A stretch of 64,000 nt of DNA from Candidatus Competibacteraceae bacterium (GTDB taxonomy: Bacteria > Bacteroidota > Bacteroidia > CAIKAF01): NCBI GenBank assembly GCA_014879445.1, contig JACSSC010000018.1, positions 64,706 through 128,705 on the forward strand, read 5' to 3'. The notes below the pieces were generated by a model. That model was given only the letters and a program-made list of their open reading frames with translations, ran no database searches and was not told the origin of the DNA. Each line of letters starts with the position of its first letter. Position 1 is the first letter of the stretch. Of the stretch, positions 41,014 through 51,342 are shown piece after piece. The translations under genes were made by a program, and so were the position numbers.

Positions 41014-41940
41014 TTATTTGATGATGATATGACGCACGGATTTTTTTCCGTTGTCGAGAGAAATGTACATAAGATAGACAGATTGGGAAAGGCCGCTCAG
41101 GTCGAGCATGTTTAATCCGGCATGAAACTTTCCTTGTGTGATGGCTTTTCCTGAAAGTGAATAGATTGCATATTCAGCATCAGATGTAGCGTCCACATAT
41201 ATTAGACGCGTGGTGGGATTGGGGTATATTTTCCACAATAAAGAGGTTTCGTCTTTAATTCCTGTTAAAACGGATTGATAAATTAGGTTGTCAACGCCAA
41301 TCGTAGAGCCATTTATACCGCTAACTCCACCATTTGTAATAAAGTATCTGAAGGCAATGCGACCATTGAAGCCATTGGCTGATGCCGGAATGGATATAGC
41401 GTATCGCGTCCATGTCATTGGATATGCGCCAACTGTTGTGTCAAGGTTGGGATTGATGCTATATAAAACGGTTCCAAAAACACCTGTTGAATACTGATCA
41501 GTTCCAACATCGGTAGAGCTACCTGCAGTGCTGATGCGTATTTCGAGGCGATCGGGGTAGTATATGTTAGCGTACGATTTGGTCCAAAAAAACAGGGTGT
41601 CTCCATCGGAGAATAAGAGTTCTGGCGTAATAAGCCAGTTGGAAATATTTCCATTGCCGTTTACACTATTATAGTCACAAACGATAGAAGAGTTTGGGCT
41701 GCCCGACTGAGCAACGAAGTTGCCATTATCTTGTTGCCATTTTCCGTATCCAGTCGGTTCGGAGTTGTTAATTCGCACCCATCCAGATGAAAACAAATCA
41801 TCTACATTTTCAAAACCTTCATTCAGGTTTTGAGATTGAGCGTCAGTTGGAAAAAGTAAAAAACAAAAAAGTAAAAGTATGCCAAACAGATTTCCAAACA
41901 AAAGGCGATTAAGATGATATGTAAAGGAAGGAATGTGCAT
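41014..41940 (-). CDS. Secreted protein with T9SS C-terminal sorting domain
   Basis: Signal peptide plus C-terminal 'IYPNPTTRLIYVD...VYLMYISLDNGKKSVRHIIIK'. Confidence 0.55.
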   Translation of the reverse strand: MHIPSFTYHLNRLLFGNLFGILLLFCFLLFPTDAQSQNLNEGFENVDDLFSSGWVRINNSEPTGYGKWQQDNGNFVAQSGSPNSSIVCDYNSVNGNGNISNWLITPELLFSDGDTLFFWTKSYANIYYPDRLEIRISTAGSSTDVGTDQYSTGVFGTVLYSINPNLDTTVGAYPMTWTRYAISIPASANGFNGRIAFRYFITNGGVSGINGSTIGVDNLIYQSVLTGIKDETSLLWKIYPNPTTRLIYVDATSDAEYAIYSLSGKAITQGKFHAGLNMLDLSGLSQSVYLMYISLDNGKKSVRHIIIK

Positions 41941-41943
41941 AAA

Positions 41944-44517
41944 TTATTGGGGATAATTTGCTTGATAAAACGTTGCGTAACTTTCAACATCCTGATTTTT
42001 GAAAAGCAATGCATAATTGCTCATGGTAATAGGAAATGTTTTAATGTACTGTCCTAGCTGTAAATTAGATATCATGTCTTTTTTGTTGAAAAGCTTTAAA
42101 TAATTTACAGCATCATTCCCATTTTTAAATTTGCGAATAAGTATAACTTGTGAACTGTTGCCCATAAGGGAAACATTGACACTTAGTCCGGCAATGGAAT
42201 AATTTTCATCATTGAATTGATTGATTTTCTGAGTGGCGGCACTTACGTTTCCTTTTAACGACGGAATAATAATAATGATGATGTGTTCGGCATTTAAATC
42301 CTTACTGTATGGAGATGTTGCTGATGTTTTTAAGCTATCTGTTTTAATTGGTTTAATGTCTGACTGGGTAGAAGTGTCTGATTTTGATTCTGTAGTAGTA
42401 TCAGAGAGTAATGCCAAAAGACGGTTGGCTGTATGTGACGATTCTGTTCCCTGATACTTATTAATCACATCTTTGAGTGCTTTAATAAAGGTCTCGATGC
42501 CTATAGTTTCCTTCGTTATTAAAGCTGAAAGAAGCGCAAATCGGTGAAGCATTCTACTTTCGGCAAATTCTGAAAAGGCCTGTTGGCAATAAATATCAGC
42601 TTGTGCATAATTGCCATTTTTGTAGGCAACATAGGCCTGATCGTATAAGGGAGCTGCTTTGTCGTCGGACTGATCTTTTTGTCCCATAAAGTCGGGATTG
42701 GAAAGAATTTGAGCATATTGGCTTGATGGATACTGGCCAATAATCAGATTTTTATAATAGTTTGATTTTTCTTCGTTTTTGAGGTCTTTGAAAACTAAAT
42801 ATAGCTGGTAGTATGTAATAGGGAAGTGTTTGTTTTTGGTATTTCTTTTAACCAAATCTTCTAATGATTCGGCAGAAAGCTCCAAATCAAGTATTTTTTC
42901 TTTGTATAGAAGACCTAAGTTGTACAATGCTTCCCAAATCATTTCATGAGAGGCCGTCATCATGGAGTCGTTGCGAGGAATTTCACGCAGATAAGTGAGG
43001 GGGTCGTACCTTGGATTATAGGCTGGCTCATTGGTGTTAACATCTGAAAAAGAAGTGGTATTCTTATTGCTTCTTCTCCAATCATCTTCAAGGGGCCTTT
43101 CACCCCATACCTTTTTAAACTCATTACGCCCAAATGCTAGGGCTTGGGTGTTGTAAAAGTACCACTTGCCCTCGCCGCCGTCAATGATTTGATTTCCGTC
43201 AATGTTCCCTTGAGATTGTTTTTTTTCATCGTCAAGTTTTTTCAGGTCTTCAACATAATCGTCCAAAAAAGCCATTAATGATTTGTCATCGAGTCGGGCT
43301 AATCGTTGTAAGCTGTCTTGTAGCTGAATAATTTTTATATTAAGCACCACCTCTGTCAGGTTTTCTTTCAAACGGGTTACGGCATCATATTCAGGATGGT
43401 CTTTTTCAAGAAATGTAGAAGTGGAATCATAATAGGCCTGTGCGGGTTCATATTTTCGGTCTGCAAAAGATATTCGAGCTAATTCCAAGAATGAAAGTCC
43501 TTTTTGATTTTTGTTGCTAATACTGGCCGCAACAGATTTTTTATAATGTAGGATAGCTTGTTCTTTATTGTTTTCTTTCAAATTAATGCTGGCAATAGCA
43601 TAATAAATCTGATCTTGGTATTCAATATTCTTGTCATCTTTCAACATCTTTTTCAGGAGTTTTTTCAACTCCTCATTACTGTCTTGACCGGCTGTACGGG
43701 CCATACTGATTTTGGACTGAAATTCTAACTCATATTCGGGCTTGAACTTAAGAACAGCGGCAAAACTTTCATATGCCTTAGTGTTGTCTTTGAGTTTTTG
43801 AAATAATTGCCCGCGAACAAACATATAACGGGCTTTTCTTTTTTTCTTTTTTTCAAACTCAATAGCTTTATCTAGCGATTGGATGGCTTTTTCGTATTCT
43901 TTGTCACGAATATAATAATCTGCAAGGGTAGTCCAATAGGAAGATTTTAGCTTTGCATCCAGCCCCTCGGCATCAATACGTCGAATAGCCGTTGCCGCCT
44001 CTGCCAATTCTCCATCTTCCAAAAAACTTCTTACCATCCAAATTTTGGCTTCGTCCTGTGTCTTTTTCTTTTCACTGTTTTCTGCAACATAACGCAATTG
44101 CCCAACACCCATTACAAAGTCAAGCTTAAAATAGTGGGCTATACCCATCATTAAATAGCAGTCGTCAATATATCGATTGTATTGTTTCCCATTGATGAGC
44201 ATAGAGTGCTTCTTAATCATAATTACACCCTTTTTTACAGCGCGATCCCACTGTGCATTTTGGGATTGAAATCCGTTGCGGTCGCCATAGTCATATACCG
44301 GTATAATCTTGGTGAAATTATCTCGACGACTTTTAACCAGATCCTGAATACCGGCTTTTAATGCCTCGTTGCCATTAAAATATCCATTGAACTTTGTGTT
44401 CATACTGTGCCAAAATCGGTTCAAAAAAGTATTCTTCTTAGTTGAACACCCACCCAAACCAAGCATCAGCATCATTAATAAAGCCGGAAATACAAATCGT
44501 AACTTAGGTAAAATCAC
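41944..44517 (-). CDS. TPR-repeat lipoprotein; candidate T9SS PorW/SprE homologue
   Basis: Lipobox 'LGLGGCSTKK', 857 aa and multiple TPR-like helical repeats, matching the size and architecture of SprE. It is encoded 3 bp upstream of a T9SS cargo gene. Confidence 0.45.
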   Translation of the reverse strand: MILPKLRFVFPALLMMLMLGLGGCSTKKNTFLNRFWHSMNTKFNGYFNGNEALKAGIQDLVKSRRDNFTKIIPVYDYGDRNGFQSQNAQWDRAVKKGVIMIKKHSMLINGKQYNRYIDDCYLMMGIAHYFKLDFVMGVGQLRYVAENSEKKKTQDEAKIWMVRSFLEDGELAEAATAIRRIDAEGLDAKLKSSYWTTLADYYIRDKEYEKAIQSLDKAIEFEKKKKRKARYMFVRGQLFQKLKDNTKAYESFAAVLKFKPEYELEFQSKISMARTAGQDSNEELKKLLKKMLKDDKNIEYQDQIYYAIASINLKENNKEQAILHYKKSVAASISNKNQKGLSFLELARISFADRKYEPAQAYYDSTSTFLEKDHPEYDAVTRLKENLTEVVLNIKIIQLQDSLQRLARLDDKSLMAFLDDYVEDLKKLDDEKKQSQGNIDGNQIIDGGEGKWYFYNTQALAFGRNEFKKVWGERPLEDDWRRSNKNTTSFSDVNTNEPAYNPRYDPLTYLREIPRNDSMMTASHEMIWEALYNLGLLYKEKILDLELSAESLEDLVKRNTKNKHFPITYYQLYLVFKDLKNEEKSNYYKNLIIGQYPSSQYAQILSNPDFMGQKDQSDDKAAPLYDQAYVAYKNGNYAQADIYCQQAFSEFAESRMLHRFALLSALITKETIGIETFIKALKDVINKYQGTESSHTANRLLALLSDTTTESKSDTSTQSDIKPIKTDSLKTSATSPYSKDLNAEHIIIIIIPSLKGNVSAATQKINQFNDENYSIAGLSVNVSLMGNSSQVILIRKFKNGNDAVNYLKLFNKKDMISNLQLGQYIKTFPITMSNYALLFKNQDVESYATFYQANYPQ

Positions 44518-44620
44518 GGATCCTGAAATTTAAACTACAAACATACGATATTCTACCAACATGGAAGATATTTCATGACAGATTAACGACTGAAGGCAAT
44601 TATTATTTTAATCTGAATTA

Positions 44621-44845
44621 TTAGGGATGCCTTTCTTCTGTACAGCCGGCACTTAATGCGACATCTGTAAATGCTTTCCAGTCGGGATCATTTGATAAAA
44701 GAGTGGTTTCGTATGTATCGCGACAATATGTTGTATTGGCATATCCGGAAATGTTTTCACATCTAATGCATTCAGGCGAGGAGCAGGCATTAATCAGTAT
44801 AATCCCTAATGTAAAAAGTGTAAGCTGGAAAACTTTATATGACAT
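44621..44845 (-). CDS. Small Cys-rich lipoprotein (hypothetical)
   Basis: 74 aa with lipobox 'LINACSS' and six Cys in the mature part (CxxC...C...C). Confidence 0.35.
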   Translation of the reverse strand: MSYKVFQLTLFTLGIILINACSSPECIRCENISGYANTTYCRDTYETTLLSNDPDWKAFTDVALSAGCTEERHP

Positions 44846-44869
44846 TTATTTTCTATTGAGCAAATATAA

Positions 44870-46555
44870 TCAGTTTTTATTTTTTCCTCTACTATCCGTT
44901 TTGCCAATTTGCCATTGTAAAGTCATGTCAAATCCTTTTTTCACTTCGATTATTTGGGGGTAGTAGGATACTTTTTCGGGCTGCTGACCAATGGCATAAT
45001 CGCCGGTGTCCCACTTGTTGTTTTGATTGGTGTCATAAATTAATCGCAGGGTGTATTTCCCTTGTAATATTCTTGAAAAAACCACGATTGCTTGTCCCTC
45101 TTCGTTTATATTTCCTGTTTTTTGTTGTACTATTTGCTCTTTTTCGTCAATCCATTGTAATAGTATAGTTGGCGTATTGGAGATGTTTTCTATTTCCATT
45201 GTAATTTCTGAATAATCAGATGGCAAAGTAGTTTTTATATTAAACACGAGGGTGTCGTGGCTTTGGCCAAATAGATCAGTAAGGCAGTTCGGCAAGAGAG
45301 TAAAAGTGTATGATTTTCCAGGGGTTAGTTTGGTTTTTAATTGGAGTTGACGGTGAAGGGTGTCTTTAAAATCCAATTCGAATAATACGGGTGAATTGTC
45401 TGTTCTAAGCGTTGCAAGCAAGGGGTTTAATTTTTCAATGGGAGCTGATGCGATGAATGTTACTGGCAGGGTATAATCTGCATCGGCAGAAGATGCTGTT
45501 TTGATTTCTAATTTAGGTATTTCGGGTTGTATTGTAGCTGTTTGAGATCCTTTTCCTTTGTTTCCCGAACCGACACTTTGTGGTCGTGGTTTTTTTACAG
45601 AAATAGTATCCCAAGAGTTATTTTGCCATATACGAAATTTGAGGGTATCGGATAAAATGGGCTTATACCAGTATAATATAGAATCATGGGCAGCCGATCC
45701 GAATTCAATGGCAGTGGCAAAAGCAGGCAAACTGTCGGTAAGGGGTTCAATCTTTGCAGAATCAACGGGCTGTTGAAACACAAAACAAATTTTTCCGGGA
45801 TGAATCATGCGAGCAAATCGAAGTTTGTTCTCTCCTTTTTGTTCTCTAAACATCAGTATTCTATGCTCAACACTATCGCCACTCTGAACAGTATGGTCAA
45901 GAAATCCAATCCACTCATCTGGTTTGTCGTAACGCAAATTGCGGTTTGATTCTTTAATAGCTACAACAGCAAAGTTCCCATTGGCAAGATATTCGAGCGA
46001 CGAAGATCCGTCAGCTTTGCTTTCTCCAATATAATATGGGTCATAATGATATGCCAGCGAATCGCTTTGTGTGTTATAAAGCATTATGGTTGCATCTGCA
46101 ATGGGTTTGAGGGTAAACGCATCCAATGTTTTGAAGCGAATTTTTAATGAGTCGATGAATGTGCCGGTAGAGAACACATATGTAAGGGTTGAGGCAATAT
46201 TACCTTCGTTGTTATCGGCAATTGATTTTCCAAATCGGATTATATAGGTTGTGTTTGGAAGAAGGGTGTCTTTTAGAACAACGTCAACGGATTTGCCTTT
46301 TAATATCAATTCAGGTTTGATTTTCATTGGAGGCGATACAAACACTTCTTTGGATGCATTTGAAATGACTACAAATTCATTGAAAATCAAGATGATTTTA
46401 GAGGCATGAAATGATAGGGAAAAAGTATCAGGAATGGCTTTTATCAGTTTTGGGGGAGTTGTGTCGCGGGGGCCACCTTCGAGTGGGATGATATTAGCGC
46501 AGGATCCCAAAATAATGGTTGTGAACAGAACGAAATATAGATGCCTTGTTTTCAT
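44870..46555 (-). CDS. Lipoprotein with N-terminal bacterial Ig-like (Big_5-type) domain
   Basis: Lipobox 'ILGSCAN' followed by 'GGPRDTTPP', characteristic of the Big_5/SbsA Ig-like fold. 561 aa. Confidence 0.5.
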   Translation of the reverse strand: MKTRHLYFVLFTTIILGSCANIIPLEGGPRDTTPPKLIKAIPDTFSLSFHASKIILIFNEFVVISNASKEVFVSPPMKIKPELILKGKSVDVVLKDTLLPNTTYIIRFGKSIADNNEGNIASTLTYVFSTGTFIDSLKIRFKTLDAFTLKPIADATIMLYNTQSDSLAYHYDPYYIGESKADGSSSLEYLANGNFAVVAIKESNRNLRYDKPDEWIGFLDHTVQSGDSVEHRILMFREQKGENKLRFARMIHPGKICFVFQQPVDSAKIEPLTDSLPAFATAIEFGSAAHDSILYWYKPILSDTLKFRIWQNNSWDTISVKKPRPQSVGSGNKGKGSQTATIQPEIPKLEIKTASSADADYTLPVTFIASAPIEKLNPLLATLRTDNSPVLFELDFKDTLHRQLQLKTKLTPGKSYTFTLLPNCLTDLFGQSHDTLVFNIKTTLPSDYSEITMEIENISNTPTILLQWIDEKEQIVQQKTGNINEEGQAIVVFSRILQGKYTLRLIYDTNQNNKWDTGDYAIGQQPEKVSYYPQIIEVKKGFDMTLQWQIGKTDSRGKNKN

Positions 46556-47016
46556 TTGTCAAACACCTTGTTTCCAATTAATGCAGCTATGCGTTCTAGT
46601 CCTTCTGCATCATTTTCATCAAAACTATTATATTGATTGGAATCAATATCAAGCACACCAATTACTTGTTGTCCGGCAATAATTGGCACAACTATTTCTG
46701 ATTTGGAATCAGCACTACACGCTATATGTCCGTCAAAAAGATGCACATCAGGCACAACAATCGTTCGTTTTTCTTTCCAAGCAGTACCACATACGCCTTT
46801 TCCAAAGCCAATACGAGTGCACGCTACGGGTCCTTGAAAAGGCCCTAATACCAATTCCAGGCCTTCAACAAGATAAAACCCCGTCCACCAGAAATGAAGA
46901 TTATGATGAATGATGGCCGCAATGTTGGCTAAATTGGCAACAAAAGAGGATTCATTCCCTACAAGGGCTTCGGCTTGCTGATATAAGGAAAGATAAATTT
47001 GCTTTTTGTCCGGCAT
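46552..47016 (-). CDS. GAF-domain free methionine-(R)-sulfoxide reductase
   Basis: Single GAF domain of 154 aa with the conserved Cys triad region '...CTRIGFGKGVCGTAW...' and 'GHIACSADSKSEIVVP'. The stop overlaps the start of the upstream gene. Confidence 0.6.
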   Translation of the reverse strand: MPDKKQIYLSLYQQAEALVGNESSFVANLANIAAIIHHNLHFWWTGFYLVEGLELVLGPFQGPVACTRIGFGKGVCGTAWKEKRTIVVPDVHLFDGHIACSADSKSEIVVPIIAGQQVIGVLDIDSNQYNSFDENDAEGLERIAALIGNKVFDK

Positions 47017-47059
47017 GGAGCAAAGGTAGCATTATGTGTCAAAAAATATTTATTAGGGG

Positions 47060-48550
47060 TTATGGGAATCCTCGAATGGCAATTGTTGTGCTGCGGTTAA
47101 ATGGTGGAGGGTTGGATTTGTCGGGATGCTGAATGTTCACAAAATAAGTTTTTCCGTCAGGCGTAAAGTAGCTTCCTGTAGTTTCGCATCCACGTGGGCC
47201 AACGGCAAATCGCATTAAATCGTTACGCGTGGGCTTTGCAATGGTGAGATCAAGAAAGTATATTTCGTTTATCAACCACCCTTTTTCTTCTGCTTCTTTG
47301 CTAACGCGCCCCATAGAAAGGCCTGTTAAATCTTCACTAATAATTATATAAGGTTTTTCTTGAAGATATGCTATGTGAAGTGCGTCGGGATTGGCAAAAT
47401 GCCCACCGTCTTTCTCAATAGGGCCACCATCTAATAATACCTCCATTTGAAGCGTAATGGGATCAAAAACCAAAATGCGGCCAAACGGATCAGCATATAT
47501 GCCATCTCCGGTTTTATGATTTTTTTCTAAATAATGTGGAACGGTGCCACCATTTTGGATATGAACAGATAAGTTAAGCGAGTCATATCCGGTTTCGGAG
47601 ATATAAATTTTACCGTTAGCTTCTTGTATCCATTCTTGGCGTACAAACATAGTAGCGCCTTTAGCTATAGCTGTGTCGCGAATATGAATCAGCGACCGTA
47701 TGTCCATCGGCATCGCAAGCCATCTGCCCGAAAGACCATCCTGCGATTGCTGATAAGCATAAAGCTGTCCCGATGAATAATCATTAGGATTGGTAGTTTC
47801 AAATTTAAAGAAAATGGCAGGACAATAATCGTCTGTCAGATACACGGTTTTCCCATCTGGTGTGCAATATGCATCTTCATGCGTGTAGCGACCAAAATTG
47901 TAAACTTTTTGTATTGCTTCTCCTTTTATTGGATCCACCTCTACCATCCAACCCATATGCTCTTCTTTTGTCATATGATTCATGCCACGGAGTGACGTAA
48001 TTTGTGGATTTTTTAATTCGGATAATGAGCTTGGAAAGAGTTCTTCAGCAGTAAGCACAGTTCCTTTGGGTGTTAGTGTTCCTCCACAATTATAAACGGT
48101 TCCGCCAACGGTGCTGAAATCAACATTTCTTTTTTCTCCAATTACAACCCACTTTCCATTTTCAAATACTACATCAAGCAAAGTTGCGCCACCACCATCC
48201 CCGGCATGCGGGTCAATCACCAGTGTTTCATGACTTACATACAGTGTGCCCTTGTCAGATCGGTTATTATCAGGGATATATATGATTAAATCGTGATTTC
48301 CCTTGGCGGGAGCTTTCCCATTTGCGGTTCGAACGGTGTCGCTCTCTGCAAAAAGAATATCATAAGTAAAACCTTCAGGAAGTATAAGGTTTGGAGTATT
48401 GTAATCAGGTTCAACGGGGTTAAACAGTATATTTTTTTGGTCAGTGTCTGGGTTTATTATTAACTTAGCATCCCTTTTGCCCGACTGGCAGCTTATTGCA
48501 AGCCCTGTCAGTAATATGCCGAAATAACCAATCTGCATTTTCATATCCAT
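47060..48550 (-). CDS. Beta-propeller lipoprotein, possibly PhoX/DUF839-like
   Basis: Lipobox 'LAISCQSG' and predicted beta-rich repeats. The family assignment rests only on general resemblance. Confidence 0.4.
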   Translation of the reverse strand: MDMKMQIGYFGILLTGLAISCQSGKRDAKLIINPDTDQKNILFNPVEPDYNTPNLILPEGFTYDILFAESDTVRTANGKAPAKGNHDLIIYIPDNNRSDKGTLYVSHETLVIDPHAGDGGGATLLDVVFENGKWVVIGEKRNVDFSTVGGTVYNCGGTLTPKGTVLTAEELFPSSLSELKNPQITSLRGMNHMTKEEHMGWMVEVDPIKGEAIQKVYNFGRYTHEDAYCTPDGKTVYLTDDYCPAIFFKFETTNPNDYSSGQLYAYQQSQDGLSGRWLAMPMDIRSLIHIRDTAIAKGATMFVRQEWIQEANGKIYISETGYDSLNLSVHIQNGGTVPHYLEKNHKTGDGIYADPFGRILVFDPITLQMEVLLDGGPIEKDGGHFANPDALHIAYLQEKPYIIISEDLTGLSMGRVSKEAEEKGWLINEIYFLDLTIAKPTRNDLMRFAVGPRGCETTGSYFTPDGKTYFVNIQHPDKSNPPPFNRSTTIAIRGFP

Positions 48551-49006
48551 TCGGTTTATGAAGGCAAAAGTAAGCTAATTAAACCAACTAATTATGAAAC
48601 AGATGTAAGGGATGTATTAAGTTTATTTTTCCAGACATTTTTGTTTATAATAAAAATTGTTTAACTTGTGATTTGCTTGATTAGAATTGTGATGACGAAA
48701 GATGGGCTTGTGCAAAATCAACATTGTTATTTGCTCGAACGGGAGATGTTTAGTTTCAAGCCGGGTATAGAGTTGGTCGTTTCAGCAGGTAGTAAACATC
48801 CTTTATTTGGAAGAATTACATGTTGGCTATTATGTGTTTAGAGCAAAAATGATAGAGGATGACAGAATGGCTAATTTGAATACACAATTTAAGGATTGCA
48901 CAACTCAAGAAGTTTTAATGGATGTTAATATGTCTTCATTATTAAAAAAAAAGAATTACATTTATACCACATTCAAGCAATAAGCAACCCAATTAAACTT
49001 TACGCT

Positions 49007-51202
49007 ATGCCACAAATAATAGAAGACGTTTCATTACACAAGCAACTTAAATCCATTTTTGGGTTTGATCACTTTAAAGGAAGGCAAGAAGAGATTATAC
49101 AAAATCTGCTTAACGGCAACGATACTTTTGTCATTATGCCGACCGGTGGAGGCAAATCCATGTGTTATCAGTTGCCCGCATTAATCAGCGAAGGAACAGC
49201 CATTATAGTATCGCCACTTATTGCATTGATGAAAAATCAAGTAGATTCAATTCGCGGGTATGGAGATATTGATGGCGTTGCTCATTTTTTCAATTCATCA
49301 TTGTCAAAAAGTGAACGCGACAAAGTAAAAGCTGACATTATAAAAGGCGTGACCAAGTTGCTATATGTTGCTCCCGAATCACTTACTAAGGAGGAGAATG
49401 TTCACTTCCTTCAAAGCATACGCATATCATTTTTTGCTATTGACGAAGCACATTGTATATCAGAGTGGGGGCACGATTTCAGACCAGAGTATAGGCGACT
49501 ACGACCAATTATCGAAGAAATAGACAGGGTACCTATTATCGCCCTTACGGCAACAGCAACGCCAAAAGTGCAGCATGATATTCTTAAAAACCTCGGCATG
49601 AGTGAAGCCACTGTATATAAAGATTCATTCAATCGCCCTAATCTGTATTACGAAATCCGCCCCAAAAAGAATGTAAATAAAGAAATCATCAAATTTGTAA
49701 AAACACAGGCAGGCAAATCAGGAATTGTGTATTGCCAAAGTCGGAAAAAGGTAGAAGAATTAGCTGAGATGTTGCAGGTTAATGGTATTAGTGCTGTACC
49801 CTATCATGCCGGCATGGATGCTAAATCTCGGGCAAAAAATCAAGACCTTTTTTTAATGCAAGATGTGGATGTAATTGTTGCTACCATAGCTTTTGGAATG
49901 GGAATAGATAAGCCGGATATTCGCTATATCGTGCATCATGACATTCCTAAAAGTTTGGAGAGTTATTATCAAGAAACGGGACGTGCAGGTAGAGATGGAG
50001 GCGAGGGGCGATGTGTTGCCTTTTATGCTCATGAAGATATTTCAAAATTAGAAAAACTCCTGAGCGGGAAACCCATCGCCGAGCAGGAAATCAATAAGCT
50101 CCTCATGCAGGAGGTTGTGGCATTTACCGAAACCAGCAGTTGTCGCCGCAAAGCCCTGTTGCATTATTTTGGAGAACATTTTGAAGAAGAACAATGCAAC
50201 GATATGTGCGACAATTGTGCGCACCCACGCGAAAAATTTGAAGCAAAAGAACATCTTCTTCTCTTGCTTGAAGTAATGACTGAACTAAAAGGCAAATTTA
50301 AATCAGCGCATTTGGTGGCGGTGCTTACCGGCAAAGAAAATAATGCTGTTAAGCAATACAAGCATCACACACTCGAAATATTTGGCAAAGGCAATTATGA
50401 AGATGAAAAATTTTGGCAAGCAGTAATACGTCAGGCATTGGTAAACAACCTGCTTAGTAAAGAAATCGAAAATTATGGTACTTTGTTTATCAACGAAAAG
50501 GGTCTTGAATATCTCGATCATCCAGAATTCATACTATTTACAAAAGATCATGATTTTGAAAGCGAGGATGATGATGATAGCATTATTACTAAACAAAAGG
50601 GAGGTGGTGCCCTTGACGAAGCTTTGATGGGAATGCTCAAAGAATTACGTAAGCAAACAGCAAAAAAATTCAATTTGCCACCATTTGTTATTTTCCAAGA
50701 CCCCTCTTTGGAAGAGATGGCTACCCAGTATCCGATTACATTGGACGAACTCAAAAACATTTCCGGTGTAGGAGAAGGCAAAGCCATTAAGTACGGCCAA
50801 CCTTTCGTTGATGTGATTGCAAAACATGTGGAAGAAAATGAAATTGAAAGGCCATTTGATTTTGCTGTTAAGTCGGTTGCTAACAAGTCGGCCATGAAAG
50901 TTTCCATTATTCAAGCCATTGACAGAAAATTACCATTGCACGAATTTGCCAAATCAAAAGGGGTGGAGATGGATGATTTTATTCATGAAATGGAAACCAT
51001 CGTAAGCTCCGGCACTAAGCTCGATTTGGGATATTACTTAAATTCGCTTGTTGAAAAAGAAGACCAAGATGATATTTTCGAGATTCTTCGTCACTCCGAA
51101 AATGGAAATATGGATGATGTAATGGACGAATATGGAGATGTGTACGATGAAAAAGAACTGCGTTTGATGCGTGTTAAATTTATCTCTGACATGGGGAACT
51201 AA
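49007..51202 (+). CDS. recQ: ATP-dependent DNA helicase RecQ
   Basis: 'GGGKSMCYQLPAL' Walker A, 'DEAHCISEWGHDFR', a zinc-binding RQC Cys cluster 'CRRKALLHYFGE...CDNC', and a C-terminal HRDC-like region. Confidence 0.92.
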   Translation: MPQIIEDVSLHKQLKSIFGFDHFKGRQEEIIQNLLNGNDTFVIMPTGGGKSMCYQLPALISEGTAIIVSPLIALMKNQVDSIRGYGDIDGVAHFFNSSLSKSERDKVKADIIKGVTKLLYVAPESLTKEENVHFLQSIRISFFAIDEAHCISEWGHDFRPEYRRLRPIIEEIDRVPIIALTATATPKVQHDILKNLGMSEATVYKDSFNRPNLYYEIRPKKNVNKEIIKFVKTQAGKSGIVYCQSRKKVEELAEMLQVNGISAVPYHAGMDAKSRAKNQDLFLMQDVDVIVATIAFGMGIDKPDIRYIVHHDIPKSLESYYQETGRAGRDGGEGRCVAFYAHEDISKLEKLLSGKPIAEQEINKLLMQEVVAFTETSSCRRKALLHYFGEHFEEEQCNDMCDNCAHPREKFEAKEHLLLLLEVMTELKGKFKSAHLVAVLTGKENNAVKQYKHHTLEIFGKGNYEDEKFWQAVIRQALVNNLLSKEIENYGTLFINEKGLEYLDHPEFILFTKDHDFESEDDDDSIITKQKGGGALDEALMGMLKELRKQTAKKFNLPPFVIFQDPSLEEMATQYPITLDELKNISGVGEGKAIKYGQPFVDVIAKHVEENEIERPFDFAVKSVANKSAMKVSIIQAIDRKLPLHEFAKSKGVEMDDFIHEMETIVSSGTKLDLGYYLNSLVEKEDQDDIFEILRHSENGNMDDVMDEYGDVYDEKELRLMRVKFISDMGN

Positions 51203-51342
51203 ACTCCTAATAATCAAACACAAGACATTTCTTGGGCTTCTGATATTAACAATTTTATCAACAATAATTTTGTATTTTATTTAACATTTTTTAATTTCGG
51301 TCGGTATTTTAGATATTAGAACCCCAAAAAGCCGATTGAATT

